Positions 53,797 to 64,000 of a stretch of 64,000 bases of DNA are shown here, piece by piece. This DNA comes from Balanoglossus misakiensis (taxonomy: Eukaryota > Animalia > Hemichordata), in the NCBI GenBank assembly GCA_040954595.2, contig CM082592.2, positions 5,038,735-5,102,734 of the forward strand. Reading direction: 5' to 3'. The translations under genes and the position numbers were made by a program. A model generated the notes under the pieces. It was not told the DNA's origin and ran no database searches. It saw only the letters and a list, made by a program, of their open reading frames with translations. Each line of letters opens with the position of its first letter. The stretch's first letter is position 1.

Positions 53797-56700
53797 CTAT
53801 AACCCATGATTTTTGTCAAATATGAAGAATTTTTGATATTTCGGAAAGTCGAAAAATCGTCATTTTTGGATGATTTTCATGGTTTTTGTCAAAATATGAA
53901 GAATTTTTGATATTTCGGAAAGTCGAAAAAATCGTCATTTTTGGATGATTTTCATGGGCTATAACCCATGATTTTTGTCAAAATATGATGAATTTTTGAT
54001 ATTTCGGAAAGTCGAAAAATCGTCATTTTTGGATGATTTTCATGGGCTATAACCCATGATTTTTGTCAAAATATGAAGAATTTTTGATATTTCGGAAAGT
54101 CGAAAAATTGTCATTTTGGATGATTTTCATGAGCTATAACCCATGATTTTTGTCAAAATATGAAGAATTTTTGATATTTCGGAAAGTCCAAAAATCGTCA
54201 TTTTTGGATGATTTTCATGGGCTATAACCCATGATTTTTGTCAAAATATGAAGAATTTTTGATATTTCGGAAAGTCGAAAAATCGTCATTTTTGGATGAT
54301 TTTCATGGGCTATAACCCATGATTTTTGTCAAAATATGAAGAATTTTTGATATTTCGGAAAGTCGAAAAATCGTCATTTTTGGATGATTTTCATGGGCTA
54401 TAACCCATGATTTTTGTCAAAATATGAAGAATTTTTGATATTTCGGAAAGTAGAAAAATCGTCATTTTTGGATGATTTTCATGGGCTATAACCCATGATT
54501 TTTGTCAAAATATGAAGAATTTTTGATATTTCGGAAAGTCGAAAAATCGTCATTTTTGGATGATTTTCATGGGCTATAACCCATGATTTTTGTCAAAATA
54601 TGAAGAATTTTTGATATTTCGGAAAGTCGAAAAATCGTCATTTTTGGATGATATTCATGGGCTATAACCCATGATTTTTGTCAAAATATGAAGAATTTTT
54701 GATATTTCGGAAAGTCCAAAAATCGCCATTTTTGGATGATTTTCATGGGCTATAACCCATGATTTTTGTCAAAATATGAAGAATTTTTGATATTTCGGAA
54801 AGTCGAAAAATCGCCATTTTTGGATGATTTTCATGGGCTATAACCCATGATTTTTGTCAAAATATGAAGAATTTTTGATATTTCGGAAAGTAGAAAAATC
54901 GTCATTTTTGGATGATTTTCATGGGCTATAACCCATGATTTTTGTCAAAATATGAAGAATTTTTGATATTTCGGAAAGTCGAAAAATCGTCCATTTTTGG
55001 ATGATTTTCATGGGCTATAACCCATGATTTTTGTCAAAATATGAAGAATTTTTGATATTTCGGAAAGTCGAAAAATCGTCATTTTTGGATGATTTTCATG
55101 GGCTATAACCCATGATTTTTGTCAAAATATGAAGAATTTTTGATATTTCGGAAAGTCGAAAAATCGTCATTTTTGGATGATTTTCATGGGCTATAACCCA
55201 TGATTTTTGTCAAAATATGAAGAATTTTTGATATTTCGGAAAGTCGAAAAATCGTCATTTTTGGATGATATTCATGGGCTATAACCCATGATTTTTGTCA
55301 AAATATGAAGAATTTTTGATATTTCGGAAAGTCCAAAAATCGCCATTTTTGGATGATTTTCATGGGCTATAACCCATGATTTTTGTCAAAATATGAAGAA
55401 TTTTTGATATTTCGGAAAAGTCGAAAAATCGTCATTTTTGGATGATTTTCATGGGCTATAACCCATGATTTTTGTCAAAATATGAAGAATTTTTGATATT
55501 TCGGAAAGTCGAAAAATCGTCATTTTTGGATGATATTCATGGGCTATAACCCATGATTTTTGTCAAAATATGAAGAATTTTTGATATTTCGGAAAGTCCA
55601 AAAATCGCCATTTTTGGATGATTTTCATGGGCTATAACCCATGATTTTTGTCAAAATATGAAGAATTTTTGATATTTCGGAAAGTCGAAAAATCGCCATT
55701 TTTGGATGATTTTCATGGGCTATAACCCATGATTTTTGTCAAAATATGAAGAATTTTTGATATTTCGGAAAGTAGAAAAATCGTCATTTTTGGATGATTT
55801 TCATGGGCTATAACCCATGATTTTTGTCAAAATATGAAGAATTTTTGATATTTCGGAAAGTCGAAAAATCGTCATTTTTGGATGATTTTCATGGGCTATA
55901 ACCCATGATTTTTGTCAAAATATGAAGAATTTTTGATATTTCGGAAAGTCGAAAAATCGTCATTTTTGGATGATTTTCATGGGCTATAACCCATGATTTT
56001 TGTCAAAATATGAAGAATTTTTGATATTTCGGAAAGTCGAAAAATCGTCATTTTTGGATGATTTTCATGGGCTATAACCCATGATTTTTGTCAAAATATG
56101 AAGAATTTTTGATATTTCGGAAAGTCGAAAAATCGTCATTTTTGGATGATATTCATGGGCTATAACCCATGATTTTTGTCAAAATATGAAGAATTTTTGA
56201 TATTTCGGAAAGTCCAAAAATCGCCATTTTTGGATGATTTTCATGGGCTATAAGCCATGATTTTTGTCAAAATATCAAGAATTTTTGATATTTCGGAAAG
56301 TCGAAAAATCGTCATTTTTGGATGATTTTCATGGGCTATAAACCATGATTTTTGTCAAAATATCAAGAATTTTTGATATTTCGGAAAGTCGAAAAATCGT
56401 CATTTTTGGATGATTTTCATGGGCTATAACCCATGATTTTTGTCAAAATATGAAGAATTTTTGATATTTCGGAAAGTCCAAAAATCGCCATTTTTGGATG
56501 ATTTTCATGGGCTATAACCCATGATTTTTGTCAAAATATGAAGAATTTTTGATATTTCGGAAAGTCGAAAAATCGTCATTTTTGGATGATTTTCATGGGC
56601 TATAACCCATGATTTTGTCAAAATATGAAGAATTTTTGATATTTCGGAAAGTCGAAAAATCGTCATTTTTGGATGATTTTCATGGGCTATAACCCATGAT

Positions 56701-59700
56701 TTTTGTCAAAATATGAAGAATTTTTGATATTTCGGAAAGTCGAAACATCGTCATTTTTGGATGATTTTCATGGGCTATAACCCATGATTTTTGTCAAAAT
56801 ATGAAGAATTTTTGATATTTCGGAAAGTCGAAAAATCGTCATTTTTGGATGATTTTCATGGGCTATAACCCATGATTTTTGTCAAAATATGAAGAATTTT
56901 TGATATTTCGGAAAGTCGAAAAATCGTCATTTTTGGATGATTTTCATGGGCTATAACCCATGATTTTTGTCAAAATATGAAGAATTTTTGATATTTCGGA
57001 AAGTCGAAAAATCGTCATTTTTGGATGATTTTCATGGGCTATAACCCATGATTTTTGTCAAAATATGAAGAATTTTTGATATTTCGGAAAGTCGAAAAAT
57101 CGTAATTTTTGGATGATTTTCATGGGCTATAACCCATGATTTTTGTCAAAATATGAAGAATTTTTGATATTTCGGAAAGTCGAAAAATCGTCATTTTTGG
57201 ATGATTTTCATGGGCTATAACCCATGATTTTTGTCAAAATATGAAGAATTTTTGATATTTCGGAAAGTCGAAAAATCGTCATTTTTGGATGATTTTCATG
57301 GGCTATAAGCCATGATTTTTGTCAAAATATCAAGAATTTTTGATATTTCGGAAAGTCGAAAAATCGTCATTTTTGGATGATTTTCATGGGCTATAAACCA
57401 TGATTTTTGTCAAAATATCAAGAATTTTTGATATTTCGGAAAGTCGAAAAATCGTCATTTTTGGATGATTTTCATGGGCTATAAGCAATGATTTTTGTCA
57501 AAATATCAAGAATTTTTGATATTTCGGAAAGTCGAAAAATCGTCATTTTTGGATGATTTTCATGGGCTATAAGCCATGATTTTTGTCAAAATATCAAGAC
57601 TTTTTGATATTTCGGAAAGTCGAAAAATCGTCATTTTTGGATGATTTTCATGGGCTATAAGCCATGATTTTTGTCAAAATATCAAGAATTTTTGATATTT
57701 CGGACAGTCGAAAAATCGTCATTTTTGGATGATTTTCATGGGCTATAACCCATGATTTTTGTCAAAATATGAAGAATTTTTGATATTTCGGACAGTCGAA
57801 AAATCGTCATTTTTGGATGATTTTCATGGGCTATAACCCATGATTTTTGTCAAAATATGAAGAATTTTTGATATTTCGGAAAGTCCAAAAATCGTCATTT
57901 TTGGATGATTTTCATGGGCTATAACCCATGATTTTTGTCAAAATATGAAGAATTTTTGATATTTCGGAAAGTCGAAAAATCGTCATTTTTGGATGATTTT
58001 CATGGGCTATAACCCATGATTTTTGTCAAAATATGAAGAATTTTTGATATTTCGGAAAGTCGAAAAATCGTCATTTTTGGATGATTTTCATGGGCTAAAC
58101 CCATGATTTTTGTCAAAATATGAAGAATTTTTGATATTTCGGAAAGTCGAAAAATCGTCATTTTTGGATGATTTTCATGGGCTATAACCCATGATTTTTG
58201 TCAAAATATGAAGAATTTTTGATATTTCGGAAAGTCGAAAAATCGTCATTTTTGGATGATTTTCATGGGCTATAACCCATGATTTTTGTCAAAATATGAA
58301 GAATTTTTGATATTTCGGAAAGTCGAAAAATCGTCATTTTTGGATGATTTTCATGGGCTATAACCCATGATTTTTGTCAAAATATGAAGAATTTTTGATA
58401 TTTCGGAAAGTCGAAAAATCGTCATTTTTGGATGATTTTCATGGGCTATAACCCATGATTTTTGTCAAAATATGAAGAATTTTTGATATTTCGGAAAGTC
58501 CAAAAATCGTCATTTTTGGATGATTTTCATGGGCTATAACCCATGATTTTTGTCAAAATATGAAGAATTTTTGATATTTCGGAAAGTCCAAAAATCGTCA
58601 TTTTTGGATGATTTTCATGGGCTATAACCCATGATTTTTGTCAAAATATGAAGAATTTTTGATATTTCGGAAAGTCAAAAATCGTCATTTTTGGATGATT
58701 TTCATGGGCTATAACCCATGATTTTTGTCAAAATATGAAGAATTTTTGATATTTCGGAAAGTCGAAAAATCGTCATTTTTGGATGATTTTCATGGGCTAT
58801 AACCCATGATTTTTGTCAAAATATGAAGAATTTTTGATATTTCGGAAAGTCGAAAAATCGTCATTTTTGGGTGATTTTCATGGGCTATAACCCATGATTT
58901 TTGTCAAAATATGAAGAATTTTTGATATTTCGGAAAGTCGAAAAATCGTCATTTTTGGGTGATTTTCATGGGCTATAACCCATGATTTTTGTCAAAATAT
59001 GAAGAATTTTTGATATTTCGGAAAGTCGAAAAATCGTCATTTTTGGGTGATTTTCATGGGCTATAACCCATGATTTTTGTCAAAATATGAAGAATTTTTG
59101 ATATTTCGGAAAGTCGAAAAATCGTCATTTTTGGGTGATTTTCATGGGCTATAACCCATGATTTTTGTCAAAATATGAAGAATTTTTGATATTTCGGAAA
59201 GTCGAAAAATCGTCATTTTTGGATGATTTTCATGGGCTATAACCCATGATTTTTGTCAAAATATGAAGAATTTTTGATATTTCGGAAAGTCGAAAAATCG
59301 TCATTTTTGGATGATTTTCATGGGCTATAACCCATGATTTTTGTCAAAATATGAAGAATTTTTGATATTTCGGAAAGTCGAAAAATCGTCATTTTTGGAT
59401 GATTTTCATGGGCTATAACCCATGATTTTTGTCAAAATATGAAGAATTTTTGATATTTCGGAAAGTCGAAAAATCGTCATTTTTGGATGATTTTCATGGG
59501 CTATAACCCATGATTTTTGTCAAAATATGAAGAATTTTTGATATTTCGGAAAGTCGAAAAATCGTCATTTTTGGATGATTTTCATGGGCTATAACCCATG
59601 ATTTTTGTCAAAATATGAAGAATTTTTGATATTTCGGAAAGTCGAAAAATCGTCATTTTTGGATGATTTTCATGGGCTATAACCCATGATTTTTGTCAAA

Positions 59701-62700
59701 ATATGAAGAATTTTTGATATTTCGGAAAGTCGAAAAATCGTCATTTTTGGATGATTTTCATGGGCTATAACCCATGATTTTTGTCAAAATATGAAGAATT
59801 TTTGATATTTCGGAAAGTCGAAAAATCGTCATTTTTGGATGATTTTCATGGGCTATAACCCATGATTTTTGTCAAAATATGAAGAATTTTTGATATTTCG
59901 GAAAGTCGAAAAATCGTCATTTTTGGATGATTTTCATGGGCTATAACCCATGATTTTTGTCAAAATATGAAGAAATTTTGATATTTCGGAAAGTCGAAAA
60001 ATCGTCATTTTTGGATGATTTTCATGGGCTATAACCCATGATTTTTGTCAAAATATGAAGAAATTTTGATATTTCGGAAAGTCGAAAAATCGTCATTTTT
60101 GGATGATTTTCATGGGCTATAACCCATGATTTTTGTCAAAATATGAAGAAATTTTGATATTTCGGAAAGTCGAAAAATCGTCATTTTTGGATGATTTTCA
60201 TGGGCTATAACCCATGATTTTTTGTCAAAATATGAAGAATTTTTGATATTTCGAAAGTCGAAAAATCGTCATTTTTGGATGATTTTCATGGGCTATAACC
60301 CATGATTTTTTGTCAAAATATGAAGAATTTTTGATATTTCGGAAAGTCGAAAAATCGTCATTTTTGGATGATTTTCATGGGCTATAACCCATGATTTTTG
60401 TCAAAATATGAAGAATTTTTGATATTTCGGAAAGTCGAAAAATCGTCATTTTTGGATGATTTTCATGGGCTATAACCCATGATTTTTGTCAAAATATGAA
60501 GAATTTTTGATATTTCGGAAAGTCGAAAAATCGTCATTTTTGGATGATTTTCATGGGCTATAACCCATGATTTTTGTCAAAATATGAAGAATTTTTGATA
60601 TTTCGGAAAGTCGAAAAATCGTCATTTTTGGATGATTTTCATGGGCTATAACCCATGATTTTTGTCAAAATATGAAGAATTTTTGATATTTCGGAAAGTC
60701 GAAAAATCGTCATTTTTGGATGATTTTCATGGGCTATAACCCATGATTTTTGTCAAAATATGAAGAATTTTTGATATTTCGGAAAGTCGAAAAATCGTCA
60801 TTTTTGGATGATTTTCATGGGCTATAACCCATGATTTTTGTCAAAATATGAAGAATTTTTGATATTTCGGAAAGTCGAAAAATCGTCATTTTTGGATGAT
60901 TTTCATGGGCTATAACCCATGATTTTTGTCAAAATATGAAGAATTTTTGATATTTCGGAAAGTCGAAAAATCGTCATTTTTGGATGATTTTCATGGGCTA
61001 TAACCCATGATTTTTGTCAAAATATGAAGAATTTTTGATATTTCGGAAAGTCGAAAAATCGTCATTTTTGGATGATTTTCATGGGCTATAACCCATGATT
61101 TTTGTCAAAATATGAAGAATTTTTGATATTTCGGAAAGTCGAAAAATCGTCATTTTTGGATGATTTTCATGGGCTATAACCCATGATTTTTGTCAAAATA
61201 TGAAGAATTTTTGATATTTCGGAAAGTCGAAAAATCGTCATTTTTGGATGATTTTCATGGGCTATAACCCATGATTTTTGTCAAAATATGAAGAATTTTT
61301 GATATTTCGGAAAGTCGAAAAATCGTCATTTTTGGATGATTTTCATGGGCTATAACCCATGATTTTTGTCAAAATATGAAGAATTTTTGATATTTCGGAA
61401 AGTCGAAAAATCGTCATTTTTGGATGATTTTCATGGGCTATAACCCATGATTTTTGTCAAAATATGAAGAATTTTTGATATTTCGGAAAGTCGAAAAATC
61501 GTCATTTTTGGATGATTTTCATGGGCTATAACCCATGATTTTTGTCAAAATATGAAGAATTTTTGATATTTCGGAAAGTCGAAAAATCGTCATTTTTGGA
61601 TGATTTTCATGGGCTATAACCCATGATTTTTGTCAAAATATGAAGAATTTTTGATATTTCGGAAAGTCGAAAAATCGTCATTTTTGGATGATTTTCATGG
61701 GCTATAACCCATGATTTTTGTCAAAATATGAAGAATTTTTGATATTTCGGAAAGTCCAAAAATCGTCATTTTTGGATGATTTTCATGGGCTATAACCCAT
61801 GATTTTTGTCAAAATATGAAGAATTTTTGATATTTCGGAAAGTCCAAAAATCGTCATTTTTGGATGATTTTCATGGGCTATAACCCATGATTTTTGTCAA
61901 AATATGAAGAATTTTTGATATTTCGGAAAGTCCAAAAATCGTCATTTTTGGATGATTTTCATGGGCTATAACCCATGATTTTTGTCAAAATATGAAGAAT
62001 TTTTGATATTTCGGAAAGTCGAAAAATCGTCATTTTTGGATGATTTTCATGGGCTATAACCCATGATTTTTGTCAAAATATGAAGAATTTTTGATATTTC
62101 GGAAAGTCGAAAAATCGTCATTTTTGGATGATTTTCATGGGCTATAACCCATGATTTTTGTCAAAATATGAAGAATTTTTGATATTTCGGAAAGTCGAAA
62201 AATCGTCATTTTTGGATGATTTTCATGGGCTATAACCCATGATTTTTGTCAAAATATGAAGAATTTTTGATATTTCGGAAAGTCGAAAAATCGTCATTTT
62301 TGGATGATTTTCATGGGCTATAACCCATGATTTTTGTCAAAATATGAAGAATTTTTGATATTTCGGAAAGTCGAAAAATCGTCATTTTTGGATGATTTTC
62401 ATGGGCTATAACCCATGATTTTTGTCAAAATATGAAGAATTTTTGATATTTCGGAAAGTCGAAAAATCGTCATTTTTGGATGATTTTCATGGGCTATAAC
62501 CCATGATTTTTGTCAAAATATGAAGAATTTTTGATATTTCGGAAAGTCGAAAAATCGTCATTTTTGGATGATTTTCATGGGCTATAACCCATGATTTTTG
62601 TCAAAATATGAAGAATTTTTGATATTTCGGAAAGTCGAAAAATCGTCAATTTTTGGATGATTTTCATGGGCTATAACCCATGATTTTTGTCAAAATATGA

Positions 62701-64000
62701 AGAATTTTTGATATTTCGGAAAGTCGAAAAATCGTCATTTTTGGATGATTTTCATGGGCTATAACCCATGATTTTTGTCAAAATATGAAGAATTTTTGAT
62801 ATTTCGGAAAGTCCAAAAATCGTCATTTTTGGATGATTTTCATGGGCTATAACCCATGATTTTTGTCAAAATATGAAGAATTTTTGATATTTCGGAAAGT
62901 CCAAAAATCGTCATTTTTGGATGATTTTCATGGGCTATAACCCATGATTTTTGTCAAAATATGAAGAATTTTTGATATTTCGGAAAGTCCAAAAATCGTC
63001 ATTTTTGGATGATTTTCATGGGCTATAACCCATGATTTTTGTCAAAATATGAAGAATTTTTGATATTTCGGAAAGTCCAAAAATCGTCATTTTTGGATGA
63101 TTTTCATGGGCTATAACCCATGATTTTTGTCAAAATATGAAGAATTTTTGATATTTCGGAAAGTCAAAAATCGTCATTTTTGGATGATTTTCATGGGCTA
63201 TAACCCATGATTTTTGTCAAAATATGAAGAATTTTTGATATTTCGGAAAGTCGAAAAATCGTCATTTTTGGATGATTTTCATGGGCTATAACCCATGATT
63301 TTTGTCAAAATATGAAGAATTTTTGATATTTCGGAAAGTCGAAAAATCGTCATTTTTGGATGATTTTCATGGGCTATAACCCATGATTTTTGTCAAAATA
63401 TGAAGAATTTTTGATATTTCGGAAAGTCGAAAAATCGTCATTTTTGGATGATTTTCATGGGCTATAACCCATGATTTTTGTCAAAATATGAAGAATTTTT
63501 GATATTTCGGAAAGTCGAAAAATCGTCATTTTTGGATGATTTTCATGGGCTATAACCCATGATTTTTGTCAAAATATGAAGAATTTTTGATATTTCGGAA
63601 AGTCGAAAAATCGTCATTTTTGGATGATTTTCATGGGCTATAACCCATGATTTTTGTCAAAATATGAAGAATTTTTGATATTTCGGAAAGTCGAAAAATC
63701 GTCATTTTTGGATGATTTTCATGGGCTATAACCCATGATTTTTGTCAAAATATGAAGAATTTTTGATATTTCGGAAAGTCGAAAAATCGTCATTTTTGGA
63801 TGATTTTCATGGGCTATAACCCATGATTTTTGTCAAAATATGAAGAATTTTTGATATTTCGGAAAGTCGAAAAATCGTCATTTTTGGATGATTTTCATGG
63901 GCTATAACCCATGATTTTTGTCAAAATATGAAGAATTTTTGATATTTCGGAAAGTCGAAAAATCGTCATTTTTGGATGATTTTCATGGGCTATAACCCAT
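53797..64000 (-). repeat. 88-bp satellite, inverted arm (~116 monomers, continues past the window)
   Basis: Reverse-complement unit repeated to the last base; more homogeneous distally. Confidence 0.98.

Noticed and set aside
50343-64000. CRISPR-like look (palindromic repeat with regular spacing)
   Set aside because: The intervening sequences are near-identical rather than unique spacers, and there are no cas genes; it is a eukaryotic satellite.

Overview
Eukaryotic (metazoan) genomic DNA; from its repeat types and gene structures probably a marine invertebrate deuterostome (inference). Real genes are spliced, so most listed ORFs are spurious. I find: (1) the first two exons of a minus-strand opsin-like class A GPCR (2475-2337, 125-<1); (2) a complete six-exon nicotinic acetylcholine receptor alpha subunit gene on the + strand (27760-40919, 510 aa), with at least one more phase-compatible signal-peptide first exon far upstream (11383-11473) and two weaker candidates; (3) the first two exons of a second, tandem nAChR subunit gene (46372-50043); (4) from about 50.15 kb to the window end, an 88-bp satellite whose monomer is an imperfect double palindrome and whose array reverses orientation exactly at the palindromic core (~53800); (5) several non-autonomous DNA transposons and many microsatellites. 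No tRNA, rRNA or CRISPR array was recognised. All alignments and counts were done by eye.
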